Shown here in pieces: positions 1 to 12,032 of a DNA stretch of 64,000 nt. The notes under the pieces were generated by a model. That model did no database searches. It saw only the letters and a program-made list of their open reading frames with translations, and had not been told where the DNA came from. The stretch's first letter is position 1. Each line of letters opens with the position of its first letter. Origin of the DNA: Diplonema japonicum (lineage: Eukaryota > Protista > Euglenozoa: Diplonemea). A program made the translations under genes and the position numbers. The DNA lies in the NCBI GenBank assembly GCA_964019335.1, contig OZ025682.1:496001-560000 (forward strand), written 5' to 3'.

Positions 1-8
1 GAACACAG

Positions 9-603
9 AAATTTATATGAAGCCCTCGATGGCAGGGATGAGGAACTCATAGATGGGGTGTACATAAGGAGAAAGTTGGCTCCTTCAAGGATGCCAGGGA
101 TAGGGGAAAGGAAGGTCCCGATATTGAAAATAGTACTGGTAGGAGAATCCGTTGGGAAAAGCAAGCTGGTTGACGCTTGGGGAGGGAGCGATGTCAAAGG
201 CCCCACAGTAGGTGTGGAGGGACACATGCTAAATGTGGTGGTCAGCGGGCAAGTTGTAAAGGTGGTGGTTTGGGATACTTCTTCCCAGCAGAAATATTTC
301 GAAGTCCGGAATGAATTCTTCAAAGACGCCACTGTGGCCCTCGTCTGCTGTTCCCCTTCCGTCCCCTCGTCTATATCATCTCTACCGAAGTGGAGGTCAG
401 AGGTTCTAAGATACGGCAAGGACCAGCCCCATCCCATCCTCGTCAATCTATTGCACACCACCACCCCTGCACCTACCCCTCCCGAACTTACGAAATTCTC
501 CTCTTCATTCGCCATTTCACTGTACACCGTGAATCTGAAAACGGGCGACGGGGCGAAAGAGCTTCTCAACACCCTTGCTGCTAACTATTCGATTAGACGA
601 TGA
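9..603 (+). CDS. Last exon of a gene starting upstream of the window; degenerate Rab-like GTPase domain of the RJL/DNAJC27 type
   Basis: Frame is open from position 1 with an acceptor-like aacacAG ending at 8. KIVLVGESVGKS, PTVGVE and WDTSSQQKYFEVRNEFFKD resemble the RJL signature FFEVRNEFYKD. Confidence 0.7.
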
Positions 604-782
604 CGTTACAAAAGGCAACCAAAAAAAAGGAAACAAAGAAATTCCCCCTGCAAAAGGAGAGTGCGAAAAAACCCCTTAATTTTTTTTTTTTTCCCTTTGC
701 ATCACGTAATTTTATAAAAAAAATAAAAAAAAATAAAATAAAATAAAAAAGGCAGGGGAGGTGAGGGGAGGGGAGGGCATTC

Positions 783-1697
783 ATGCAGCAGGTGTGGGAC
801 AATGACGGGGAGCTCACCACCGAACTCGAAGCCATAAAAAGACGGGTGGACCAGCTGGTGAAGAACCATGAGGGGATGGACTCCAAGGCGCTGAAGGACG
901 AGACTAAGGCGTGCCAGGACCAGTTTCGACAAATAGCATCTCTGCTGAAGAGGCAGAAGAGAGACATCGACTTTGTGACTAAACAGAACGGAGCCGTGGA
1001 TGAAAAACAGAGGGAAGACCTGATGGAGAGGTACTACCAACCAGCGATGTCACAGCACGAGCAGCTAAAAGAGAAAATAGCAGGACTGCAAGGATTGGGA
1101 TCCAGCAAGCCTGCTAAGGTTGAGTTTGCAAGGGCGGAATTGACAAAAGGCAACCCTGCGGGTGAGAAAGGTATTTTCTAAAAAAAGAAATTTTTTTTTT
1201 CCCCTCATAAACTTAGATGACGAAGAGCTGGAAGTCATGGCACAAACCATTACAGTGGCTGAGGTGCAGGACAGAACCAAAGCGATACAAAAAGATGGGA
1301 TTAAGTCAGCTTTGCAGAGTGAGAAAATAGTACAGGATATGAACGGGCTTGCGGGGCAGATTGAGGTGGACCTTGCAAAGCAGAACGAAGATATTGAACT
1401 AATCATGGATGATATGGATAACCTCGCCAACCAGGTGAAGAGGGCAAGGAGGGAAGTGGTATGTTTTTTTTTGAGAATAAAAAAAAAAAAAAAAAGGGTC
1501 AGTTCAGCCGGCGGATGGCCACCGACAAATGTTTCATATGTCTTTTCGTCCTCGTGTTGCTCTTTATCTGCACAGTTGTTGGTTTGAAGATCTTCAATAA
1601 GTCCGACAGCAGCGGAAGTGAAGAAAACCCGCAAAACCAAGAATTCGAGAATGCACAACAGCTCCATGCTGCGTTTAAGCGAACCTTGGGCATCTAG
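783..1697 (+). CDS. NPSN: NPSN-type Qb-SNARE; introns 1171-1216 and 1459-1496
   Basis: Splicing joins a coiled-coil N-terminus, a SNARE heptad region and RRMATDKCFICLFVLVLLFICTVVGLKI (NPSN-like ATDKC followed by a TM helix). Confidence 0.75.
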
Positions 1698-2115
1698 GGT
1701 TTTTTTTTTTTCTTTTTTTCTTCCTAACCCTCCCTTTTTTACTGAATATACACCCCCCCCCTTGCTCCCCCCCCCCCCCCCCCCTGCCATTCTTGTCTCT
1801 TTTTTATAGATTTTACTGAGGTTTTTTTTTCTTCTTCTTTTTTTTTTCTCTTCTGGATAACACACAAAAAAAGCGCGATAAAATGATTTATATATTTTTT
1901 ATTAACACCCTCCCCCCTTCCTCCCCTCCCCTTTAGAAAAGAAAAAGGAAGAAGAGAAAGGAGGGGGGGAAGAAAAAAAAAAGAGGACAAAAGAAATAGA
2001 ATTAAAAAAAAAATAAGGTAAGGTTTTTCCGTTTCTTTTTTTTTTTTTATAATTATTATTATATTCTCTTCCAACAACAAATTGCCCCCCCCCCCCCCCC
2101 CGCATCAGGTTGGGA

Positions 2116-4537
2116 ATGGCTGGCGGTAGCGTGAGGCATGGGAGAGAGGACATGATGTCTGTGACCAGCCAGCCAGAAGTGCCGTTTTGCGAGCCTGTTC
2201 CAGAGGATTTACAATGTGGGATATGCATAGGCCCCTGCTTGGAGCCATGGGTGACAGAAGAGTGCGGGCATCTGTTCTGCAGAGATTGTGTGATGCAGGC
2301 TTTGGAGAGAAAACGAGAATGCCCTATATGTCGGGTAAACGTAGCCCACGAACAAGTCCGAAAAGACGTAAGAACTTATCGAAAAATAGCTGCACTAGAT
2401 GTGTATTGTAAGTATAGAAAATCCAGTGGGTGTACCTGGAAGGGACCGTTGTCGGACTACGAACGCCATGCTGAGAAGTGTAACCACGCACTGGTCTCCT
2501 GTCCCTTCAGTCCGCATGGCTGCGATGCGACTGTCACCAGACGCTCACTGGCAGACCATCTCCAGTCAGGCGCGACCGCGCATATGATTCTCGCCTCTGC
2601 TGCCATCACACGTCTCCAAGAGGAGCAGGTCACCCTCGAACAAGAGCTTGAGATACTCCAGCGGCACGACTTACGGTTTATATGGGTCATCCCGAACTTC
2701 GTCTCGAAGAAAGCCCCCGTTTACTCAAGAAAATTCACCTCAAAACGTTACCAGTGGTACTTGGGAGTGGACTTTGAGGTTTGTCTTTTTTTTTGTTTTA
2801 ACAATATTATTGTCGAGACTAAAAACTAGTTGATGGCAGCGTAATGAGCTATTTTATTAGGTAAAATTCCGCTCGTGCGCACAAACAAAACAATATCAAG
2901 AAAATGTCAAGGGACGAGTTCTTCCTAGGAAAGGTTAAGTGGACGGACGTCGAGACATCGACATATCCTCCTTCGGCTACCCCCGCGAAACACGGTCACG
3001 ACTGTGTGTTCTTCCCCTCGTGCGATAGGGCCCATGATCTGGGTAACCATTGCGCGAGGTGCGGACGCGTGGGGGACCCCGAGTGCCTACGGGCAAAAAT
3101 GAAAACGAAGGCCCTACGGGTGCGCTTCGAGTTGCCCACGAGTTCAGAGGAGCTTTGGGTTTGCCCTCCGTGTTGCTGGGAAGTTGACAATGGGGCTGAC
3201 TTAGTCGTCACCGACGAGGGGGCAGATCATGCGGAAGGGGAGGAAGAGGAACGCGAGGAAATGACGGAGACTGGCGGGGTCGCTGAGGAAGACTTGCTGA
3301 CAGAGGCGGAAAGCCACGCTGATCCGACGGTACGCCGTTTGGTGCAGCTGATGGTGGCGAGGAACGACGCGATGGCCCTGAAGCATGAAGCGCTGGAGGC
3401 CGAATTAACGGCTCTGCGCAAGGAGAAGAGACCAGGGTCCCGTTTGACCTGGATCTTCGGCGGGTCGTGAAATGGGTCCCCTACTTGGATTGCCCTTCGG
3501 GGGTGGACGCAATCCTGTCCGCGATCGGGTTGCGTTACGGTCCTTTCGTGGACAAGCCGGAGAGTGACGCCAACACGGGTTGCCACGAATCTATGAGGAT
3601 CTGGCACTACCTACGGGTAGCTCGTGACGAGGAAGGCAAATGGTCTAAGGATCTACTTCCGACGCTGCACAGTTACATGCTACGGCTTGAAGCTCTGCGC
3701 GTGCTCACGGAGTGTGGCCAGAATTTCCGGCTCGGGATTCAGAAGGCTCGCGCTTACGAGGGGTATCTTTCGGGTCACACTGGGAGGACTTCTCCGATAA
3801 AAAGCTACGGCTTACATTTAAGCACATGAACTCTACGGAGGCCGTGCTTGACGTCTTGAAGAAGGATCGGGAGAGGGAGAGGGAAGCAGACAGGTTGAGA
3901 AACAGACAAGGTGGAACCCCTAAGAGGACTAGGTTGGAAAGTTTCTCGACTCAAAAAGTGAGCCGCGGCCTCACTCTCCCCGAAACCCAAACCTCTCCTT
4001 CCCCAATCAAAAAATCCCTCTCCTCCTTCCTCTCTTCCAACTATAACGCTTTCTGATTCCCCATGGAGCGATCTTCTCCGTGGCGGAGCCATCCGCAAGA
4101 AGGACTCTGTCGACGGGAGCGAAGTTCCAGAGCTACGGCAGAACACGCTAAAGACGATGTCCACCGCTTACAAGGGTCAAGCTTTTCTCTCAGTGATGCG
4201 AAGATCGGAGGCCTTCCGCGAGCAGCTCCAGAGGATTCAGCCACACCTGTCAAAGGAGATGTGCTTTGCGATGTGGGTGCAGCGTCTACGCGACGAGAAG
4301 CGCCTCTCGTGCGCACAAACAAATGGAGCGCCAAACTAGTTTTTTCTGTTTTTTTTTAAACAACCTCTTTAACACAGGGGCCTGATCAGCATGCAGGGGT
4401 GTATCTTTTTGCAGAGGGGCATCAGAAACGGGTAGATTTCAAATTGATCCTCTTCAACCAGGATCCGAGGAAGGATAAGAAGCACAGCGTGAATGACTGG
4501 ACCGTGGAGTACAAGGTACAAATAGAAATCCCGTGGG

Positions 4538-4570
<33 letters not shown>

Positions 4571-4689
4571 AGGGAAAAGGCTGGGGTCCACTGAAGTTTA
4601 TAGATAGATCGAACCTTAGCGGGACGGGCTTCCTTGTAAACGGTTGTGTGAGGATAGCTGTGGAGTTGGACGGTGATCCATTTGATTAA
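2116..4689 (+). CDS. TRAF-like RING / TRAF zinc finger / coiled-coil / MATH protein; introns 2779-4377 (element-bearing) and 4516-4572
   Basis: C3HC4 RING (CGIC...CGHLFCRDC...CPIC) and TRAF zinc finger (CPFSPHGC...HL). The MATH domain FIWVIPNF...WYLGVDFE continues after the 1.6-kb intron as GPDQHAGVYLF...KGWGPLKFI...FLVNGCVRIAVEL. Confidence 0.85.
2823..4341 (+). mobile_element. Degenerate, internally deleted YR-retrotransposon-like element (element 1) inside the TRAF gene intron
   Basis: Flanked by a 9-nt direct repeat aaactagtt (2823-2831, 4333-4341), with an internal 18-nt direct repeat ctcgtgcgcacaaacaaa (2872-2889, 4306-4323). Its frameshifted ORF is homologous to ORF1 of element 2, which carries a DIRS-type RNase H. 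Confidence 0.7.
2904..4056 (+). pseudogene. Frameshifted gag-like ORF1 of element 1 (Cys/His PHD-like finger + coiled coil + helical domain)
   Basis: ORF pieces 2904-3470, 3467-3829 and 3712-4056 align in order with element 2 ORF1: CARCG, WVCPPC.W, DLRRVVKW.P, RYG, LH...RLE.L, KAR, W..F. Confidence 0.65.
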
Positions 4690-5209
4690 GGTGGGGGGGG
4701 GGGGGGGGGGGGATTGGCCCCTTTATTTACATTGTCCGGGGAAAAAAAAATGAAGAAAAAATTAAGGGAAAAAAAGATGGTGTCTGAATCCGGTGTTTTA
4801 TAGGTCGACGAGGGAGCTTGTTATTTTTTTTTATTGAAAGGAAAGAACGAGAGAGATTTAGTTGTTTTAAAAGAAAAAAAAAGTGATAGAAGGGGATGGT
4901 GGGGGGGAACAAAAGAAAAAACTCTGTGTAGGAAAAAGAAGAAAAAAATGTAGGGAGAGAAGACAAAAGCGAGAGACAACAACCCCCCCCCAAATTTTTT
5001 GTCCCCCCTCCCCCCCCACCACATGCCCCTGAAGAAAACCCCCCTTCGATACCCCCCCGAAAAAAAACTCTGCTTACCCAACCCCCTCCATTCTTTTGTC
5101 TTTGTTTCATATATTTTTTTTTGAAAACTGATTGGAGGAAGAGAAATCCGTGTTTCTATAACAGAAAAAAAAAAGTGTGGGTGGAGGGTGGGGACCCAGG
5201 GAGAAGAAA

Positions 5210-8200
5210 ATGGAGATACTAAAGCAGAAAACCGTGAAGTCTAGCGCATTGCTGAAGATGCGCCCAGTGTGGAGAATGTACGCTGTGGCGCCGTTCGTGA
5301 TGATCTACGGGGCCTTGCTCCTCTTGTCTGCAAGTCCTGAGGTGATTCTTGGGTTCTTAGACGACGAGATGGTGCAGGCGTTTCACATTCAGGAGAGGCA
5401 CGTAACGTGGGTGTGCTTGTTGTGCATTCCACTGTTCATGTTTTTCAATGGGCTTGTGTGTTTATTCACTTATTGGTCAGCTGCCATCCGTGCTTGGGCC
5501 TTCTTCGACACCCTCCCAGCCTCCCAAATAGAGACAGCCACCCACATCCTCATCCGGACTTTCCCCCACAAGGGTGACTCCACCATCATCAAGCTATGCA
5601 ATAAGTCTTTCCACTTCCAGAACCGCTTGTACACCTGGCATGCGGCTTCGTCTTCTTTCAAGAAGCCCGCGCTTCCCATCAACCTCTCCATGAAGGAGTA
5701 CAAGTCCACCAAGGGCCGGACCACCGCGCCTATCGAGGCTGATCTCTCTCTGTTTGGACACAACCGCTTCCTCGTTCCCATTCCCGAGTTCAAGGTACTC
5801 ATGTTGGAGCACGCCACTTCGCCTTTCTTCGTGTTCCAGATGTTCTGCGTGCTGCTTTGGATGCTCGACGAGTATTGGTACGCCTCCCTCTTCACAGGTG
5901 TCATGCTGTGGGTCTTTGAAGGGACTGTGGTGCAGCAGCGCCTCCGGAACATCACACAGCTTCGCGAGATGGAGTCCCGCCCTGTCGTCATGTCTGTTCT
6001 GCGCGACGGCAAGTGGCGCTCTGTTCCTTCCTACGACCTTCTACCCTACGACCTGGTGCTGATCCCCAAAGCCATGGAGACGGTGCCCTGCGACATGCTT
6101 CTCTTAGAAGGAAGTGTCGTCGTCAACGAGAGCATGCTGACAGGCGAGTCGACACCTCTTCTGAAGGAGAGCATCGAGCTGAGGGAAGACCACGAGATCC
6201 TCAACGTGAAGCGCGACAAAACACACATCGTGTTCTGCGGGACGAAGTGCCTCCAGGCGACAGGAAAGTCACACTGCTCATACGGCAAAGGCGTGCACGG
6301 TGTCGTGGGGATGGTGCTGCGCACAGGGTACGAAACCTCGCAGGGTACGCTGGTAAGGACTATTATCAACTCCTCTACATCGAGGGTGTCAGCGGGGGGG
6401 TCAGAGGCCTTGTTGTTCATCGGTTGTCTGCTGATGTGCGCTCTGGCCTCATCTGCCTATGTGCTTTACCACGGGCTCCTGGACGAGAAAAGGTCACGTT
6501 GGAAGCTGCTCCTGTCGTGCACCATCATCATCACTTCAGTCGTGCCCCCCGAGCTGCCCATGGAGCTTGCGCTGGCCGTGAACATGTCGTTCATGCAGCT
6601 GCACAAGTTGAAAATCTTTTGCACGGAGCCTTTCAGAATCCCTTTTGCAGGTGGGTTGGACACGTGCTGCTTCGACAAGACAGGCACGCTGACAGCAGAT
6701 GTCATGGAACTGATCGGCCTGTGCGAAGACCCTGCAAGCAAGAGGCTGGAAGACCCTGCACAGGCCTCTGCCGTGGCGCACACTGTGGTGGCGTCGTGTC
6801 ACAGTTTGGTGCATCTACACAACGAGCTGGCAGGCGACAGCATGGAAGTAGCCGCCGTGAAGGGTGCGGGGTGGTCTTGCAGCGGTGGTACCACCTTTAC
6901 CAACGGGAAGCGCACTGTGCGCATCGTGTCGAGGCACGCCTTCAACAGCAACCTGAAATGCATGTCGTGTGTCGTATCATGCGGCTCGAGCCTGCAGGCA
7001 GTTGTGAAGGGCTCACCTGAGGTGATGCGTGACTTCTACACAACAGTACCGACTGGATACGATGAGGCCTTCGAAGCCTTCGGGAAGAGCGGGTATCGGG
7101 TGATCGCCCTGGGTATCAGGACGCTGAAGTGTGATGAGGCATACGCGAAGAGGATGAAAAGGGGCGACGTGGAGAGAGATCTGACTTTTGCAGGCTTCGC
7201 TGTGTTCGGGTGCCCCATCAGAGAGGACGCTGTGCCCACTATCACTGCTTTGAAGGGCGCGTCTCAGAACGTGGTGATGATCACAGGCGACAACCAGCAG
7301 ACGGCAGCATGGGTGGCCAGGGAGGTGGGCATCATGGACGCTGCGTACATGGTGCTGCGCCCCGACCACAGATGGGAGGACCAAGACGGCACCATTGCCG
7401 AACCATCGAAGAAGACGCACCTTGTGGCATCGGGCGAGATCATGAAGACTCTTCCCGAAACGTGGCTCTCCACGTGGGTCACTCAGGTGAAGGTGTGGGC
7501 ACGTTGCAACCCAGAGCAGAAGGAGGCTATCATCATCGAGCTGAAGAACAAAGGGAAAACAACGCTTATGTGTGGCGACGGGACGAACGACGTGGGGGCT
7601 CTGACGCAGGCAGACGTTGGTGTGGGGCTGCTTGCAGGGTGCCAGTCCGCAAAGCCGATCAAGGCAGAAAAGGGTATGCTCCACCCCCCAACCCCCACCC
7701 GCCATACAGGAGGAGACGCACCGCACCCATTAAGCGTTCCCGAGGCATTGCCTGATGACATGGGGTTTATCAGTATTATCAGGTGGAAGATGAGAGAGAA
7801 CAAACGAAGGCAACAGTACATTGAGCACCTGAGGGAGGAACACAAGAGAACGGGGAAACCGATTGTGATCCCTCCTGTGCAGGAGCCTGGGTTGGAGGAT
7901 GAGGGCATGTACGTGCAAGTGGCGCAGCTAGGAGATGCCTCGCTGGCGGCACCGTTCACGGCGAGGAACAGCTCAACGAAGTCGTGCTGCCACCTGCTGA
8001 GGCTGGGCCGGTGCACGCTTGCCTGCACGATGCAGATGTACAGGGTTATGGCACTGAATTGCTTGAATTCAGCGTTCTCAATGTCGGTGCTGGCACATGA
8101 AGGGGTCAAGTTCAGCGACACCCAAATGACGGTAACAAGCATAGTCGCTACCATCTGCTTCTTGTTGATGTCGCGCGGGGTGCCTTGCAAGGAGCTCTCG

Positions 8201-8721
8201 AAAGAGAAGCCGCACACGAGAGTCTTCACGCCGTACGTTATGCTGACTATTGCAGCGCAGTTCGCAGTGCATCTGTATCACCTTGTGAAGATTACAGGGC
8301 TGGTCTACACGCAGACTGGAGACGATGTCCTTCCCACATTCGAGGACTTCGATACCGCAGAATTCCAACCCTGCCTGCTGAATTCGGTCGTTTTCCTGAC
8401 AACAACCTGGCAGATTATTTGGATTTTCGTCTTCAACTACCAAGGCGAGCCGTTCATGACCAGCCTCTCCAGCAACCATTCGATGATCGCTGCCCTCGTC
8501 ACTCTTGGCCTCATCGTCATCGAGTGCACTTATCAGTCCACGTCCCTTTACTACTGGATGGAGATTGTCGACTTCTCGAAGTTCCCAGAGCTGCAAAATG
8601 AGTATGATGACACTTCTTTTTCATGTTTCACCCCCCCCCCCCCCTTAGGTTCATGTCACTTCTTGTAACGAACTGCATTGCGGGGAAAGCGATCGACTTT
8701 GTTTTGAAGCTTATCTTTTAG
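5210..8721 (+). CDS. ATP13A1: P5A-type ATPase (Spf1/ATP13A1 family); terminal intron 8602-8648
   Basis: PFFVFQMFCVLLWMLDEYWY, LTGES, VVPPELPMEL, CFDKTGTLT, MCGDGTND, LGDASLAAPFT. Confidence 0.92.
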
Positions 8722-8932
8722 AAAGGGAGAGGGGGGGGGGGTGGAAAATAAAAAAAGATAAGTCGAGAATCAGTGTGTCCATTTCTTTTTTTTTTCTATT
8801 GCGCTGCTTCCGTCAGGGTCACGTTACCATAAAGAAGAGAGAGAAAAAAAAAAGAATCCTTGGTGACCGGTTTATTCCCCCATTACCCCATTTGCCCCCC
8901 ATGTCCATTTGTATATTAGGCCCGCGAGCAAG

Positions 8933-10261
8933 ATGGCAACGAATGCAGCGGAGATGGAGCTGATAAATAACATCAGCAGCGCGGCGGCAAGGGAGAACTT
9001 CGACAAGTGGTGGAACGAGGAGCGCGCGGTCGAGATCAACGAGAGGTGGACGATCAAGAGGAAGTTTCTCGACGCCAAGGGCGAGGACCCGTCCCTGCTG
9101 AGCAAGTACGTTCTCATTGACGTTCTCGCCAACGTCGGCGACCACAAGAAAGTAGTCGAACTGCTTGACGAACAAATCGAGAAAAAGGGCCACACCAAGC
9201 AGGACATCATATGGGTCAGCATCAAAGGGTGCAACTACGTATCAACGGAGAGCGTTTGTAAGAACATCACCAACTACGTAAATATCGAAAAGCTGTGTCT
9301 TGGTGAGGCCATTGAGGCTGACGATGCCAGCGCGGTGGCGGAGATGGTAGCAAATCCTTCCATGGCGTCCTTGAGGATGCTGGATCTGGCGAATAATAAA
9401 TTCGAGACGGCCGGGGTTGAGATACTCCTCTCCGCGCTTGTGAAGAACCAAAACATCATCGATCTTGATCTGTCGAACTGTTCCATCGGTGGGGGCGGGG
9501 GGAAACCCATTGCAACCTACATCGCATCCAACCCCACCACCCAAAGGCTCCTCCTCAACGGCAACAAGCTCGGTATATACGGCACGAAAGATCTCGCCAA
9601 CGGCTTGGCTACCAACACCACGCTCACCACCCTCGGGTTGTTCTTTAACAACGCAGGTGAAGAGGGGATTGAAGCCGTTTTGGAAATGCTTCGAAGCAGC
9701 TCTATCAGCACCGACCAATGTGTCAATAAAGAAGAGTACTCTGCGTTGAGCGAGCTCGAGGCCATTGTAAAAGAAAGCTCCGAAATAGATCAATTAGAAC
9801 AAATCAAGGAAAACGTGGGATCTGCAAAAAACACGACGTTGCTGCAAGTTGAGGTGGGTGACAACAAAGCCTCTCCCTCACAGCTGTCCGAGCTTGACAA
9901 AATCTTGGACAGGAACAATGCAAGCGCTCGTGAGAAGGAAGTGGAGGAGCTTAAAATGAAGGAATTGAAAAGAATCGAAGAAGAAGTCAGGAAGAACAAG
10001 GAGGAGGAAGATGCAAAAGAGAGGAAGATGCAAAAGGAACACAAACCCCCTCCTATTAAAAAGCTTGATTCTGCGGCACCCCCGGCAGCCATTCGGAAGG
10101 GAGCAAAGGCACCGAAAGAAACACCAAAAACCAAAGATATAAAGGTAGCGTTGAAGCAAAAGCCGCCACCTGAGCCACGCTCACCTCAGAAAACCAGGGA
10201 CGTAAAGCCAGTCCCTCCCGTAAAGAAGCCCCCTGGAGGTGCCTTGCCTGCTTTGAGGTAA
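8933..10261 (+). CDS. RNI-like leucine-rich repeat protein with Lys/Pro-rich tail (a short extra exon near 10345 is possible)
   Basis: Repeats LRMLDLANNKF, IIDLDLSNCSI, RLLLNGNKLG, LTTLGLFFNNAG. Confidence 0.8.
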   Translation: MATNAAEMELINNISSAAARENFDKWWNEERAVEINERWTIKRKFLDAKGEDPSLLSKYVLIDVLANVGDHKKVVELLDEQIEKKGHTKQDIIWVSIKGCNYVSTESVCKNITNYVNIEKLCLGEAIEADDASAVAEMVANPSMASLRMLDLANNKFETAGVEILLSALVKNQNIIDLDLSNCSIGGGGGKPIATYIASNPTTQRLLLNGNKLGIYGTKDLANGLATNTTLTTLGLFFNNAGEEGIEAVLEMLRSSSISTDQCVNKEEYSALSELEAIVKESSEIDQLEQIKENVGSAKNTTLLQVEVGDNKASPSQLSELDKILDRNNASAREKEVEELKMKELKRIEEEVRKNKEEEDAKERKMQKEHKPPPIKKLDSAAPPAAIRKGAKAPKETPKTKDIKVALKQKPPPEPRSPQKTRDVKPVPPVKKPPGGALPALR

Positions 10262-10404
10262 GAGAATCTACGCATACGTGCTTCCGCATGATAGCGTGTT
10301 TTTCTTTCTTTCTTTCTTTTTTTTTTTTTTTTTTTTTTTGGAAGGTGGGGATAATATGGAGATACAAGAAGTACATCAGACGTATTGTTCCCAGCGCAGA
10401 ATCT

Positions 10405-10513
10405 TGGTTACCCGGGACGCCCTGGTTAGAATTGAGTTGCACACCGCATGCATTAAGGACACGACGCGGAACGCAGAAGAAAGCTACAGCCCGGCAGAGC
10501 CCTGTAGACAGTT
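10405..10513 (+). ncRNA. Putative structured ncRNA (H/ACA-like), paralog A
   Basis: Homopolymer-free island. Shares ttgagttgcacaccgca and flanks with 10705-10780, and ends with stem ctacag/ctgtag followed by ACA. Confidence 0.35.
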
Positions 10514-10704
10514 CATGATTCGTTGCACACTTAACGCCACTCTTAGTGTTGCAATCACAGTCCCATTTTCTTTTTCTTTTTTTTCCGCTGCTGTTTTGCC
10601 TTTCTATTCGTTTCCTTTTTCTTTTTTTTTTATGCGGGCCGTTGCTAACCACTTCGTTCCTATCATAGTGAATTTTTTTTCCCCTTTAAATAGTGGCATT
10701 TGAG

Positions 10705-10780
10705 AAGCCAGGGCGCCATGGCTGGGGTTGAGTTGCACACCGCACGCGACAATGCTTGAGCAGGCCGCCCTGCCACATAC
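10705..10780 (+). ncRNA. Putative structured ncRNA (H/ACA-like), paralog B
   Basis: Stem cagggcg/cgccctg followed by ccACAtac, with the same 17-nt core motif as paralog A. Confidence 0.35.
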
Positions 10781-11026
10781 TGCAGGCACCCTTAAATAGT
10801 CTCTTTTTTTTTCTTTTTTTTTTTCTTCTTTCCCGAGTGGGATTGCTTTTTTCTTCTTCTTTTTTTTTTTGTTTGAGGTTTTTTAAAAGAACTACATGTG
10901 AAATATTCGATAAGCAAGCAGCCAGATAGGACGGACCCCTTATGCCCGACTACAAGGTTACCATACCACAGCCATGTATCCTTCAGCACGGAATAGGTAC
11001 TGTTGTGATGAAATGTCATGGTTCTT

Positions 11027-11081
<55 letters not shown>

Positions 11082-11181
11082 AAGAACGAGTCTTTGACTT
11101 GTCTAAACAAAAGGGGAACGTTGGCAACGTGTTTCGGGTTGACAAACTTCTCCAGGTTTTACCCGGCACGTACAAACAAAA

Positions 11182-12032
11182 ATGACGGCACTAGACTGGG
11201 ATGATCTGGTCCAATACGCGGACTTCGAGTACCCATCGGGAAGCACTCGCCCCTCACCTCGCGGATTGCATCTTCGAGGAGCACGGTGACACTGCGGTGC
11301 ATGTGCGAGGTGTGGCGCTAAAGGGCACTCTCGCTGCCCGCCACCCCTAAGTCAGGCGTTTCTTCCAGTGGAAGATTCCACCCAGTGGGTGTGCCCCCCA
11401 TGCATTTGGGCGGTTAAAAAGCTTGGTGAAGCTTTGGTCCAGACGGACCCGGAGGTGGAGTCCCCTCCATCACCAGACCTCAGTGAGGTCCAAACCAATG
11501 CGGAGAGTCTCCGCTTGGTCTTCGCTCAGATCGCTGAGTTGAAGGCGGAGAACGAGCGTCTCCGTAACCGCGTCGAGGCGTCGAATGCCTTACCGGTACT
11601 CCCGTTGGAGTTTGACGTACGGAGGGTCTCGGCTTGGGCCCCACTAGTTTCCTCCCCCACCACAGCCGCCCTCATCATGCAGAGGGTCGAATCCCGTTAC
11701 GGCATCAGGTTGCCGAAACCGCCGAGGAGCATGAGTCCAGAGTCTGGATGGTTCTTTTGCACGTGGCAATAGTTCGCTTGGAATCCCTCTGGATTTGCAA
11801 CTCCTCGCCGAACGACGAATTCCTCGTTCGTAAGGCCAGGGGCGCGACCTTCGCCGCTCGCGCTGAGAAAGTAGCCTGGGACAAGTTCGGTGCCGAGGAG
11901 TACTCGAGGGCGAGGGCGGCCGCCAAAAAGTCGGATCACGACTCGGTGGCAAAAAAGGCCCTCGAGCGCAAGAGGCCTGCAGCGCCTACACCGCCGCGTC
12001 AGCACTATTCAAAGAAGCGCAAGACCTTATGA
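11182..12032 (+). pseudogene. Frameshifted gag-like ORF1 of element 2
   Basis: MTALDWDDL.., HLADCIF, CARCGAKGHSRC, WVCPPCIW, coiled coil, FDVRRVSAWAP..RYG and LHVAIVRLESL occur in shifting frames. Confidence 0.65.

Noticed and set aside
3467-3470. Overlapping stop/start of ORFs 2904-3470 and 3467-3829 as a prokaryote- or virus-like operon
   Set aside because: Element 2 shows the two parts are one continuous ORF, so this is a frameshift.
2821-4345. aaaaactagtt / aactagttttt as terminal inverted repeats of a DNA transposon
   Set aside because: The symmetry comes from a palindromic core plus A/T runs. No transposase is present, and the cargo is homologous to the RNase H-bearing element.
10480-10489. 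aaagctacag resembling part of a diplonemid spliced leader
   Set aside because: Only ~10 nt match, with no remaining SL exon or GT donor.
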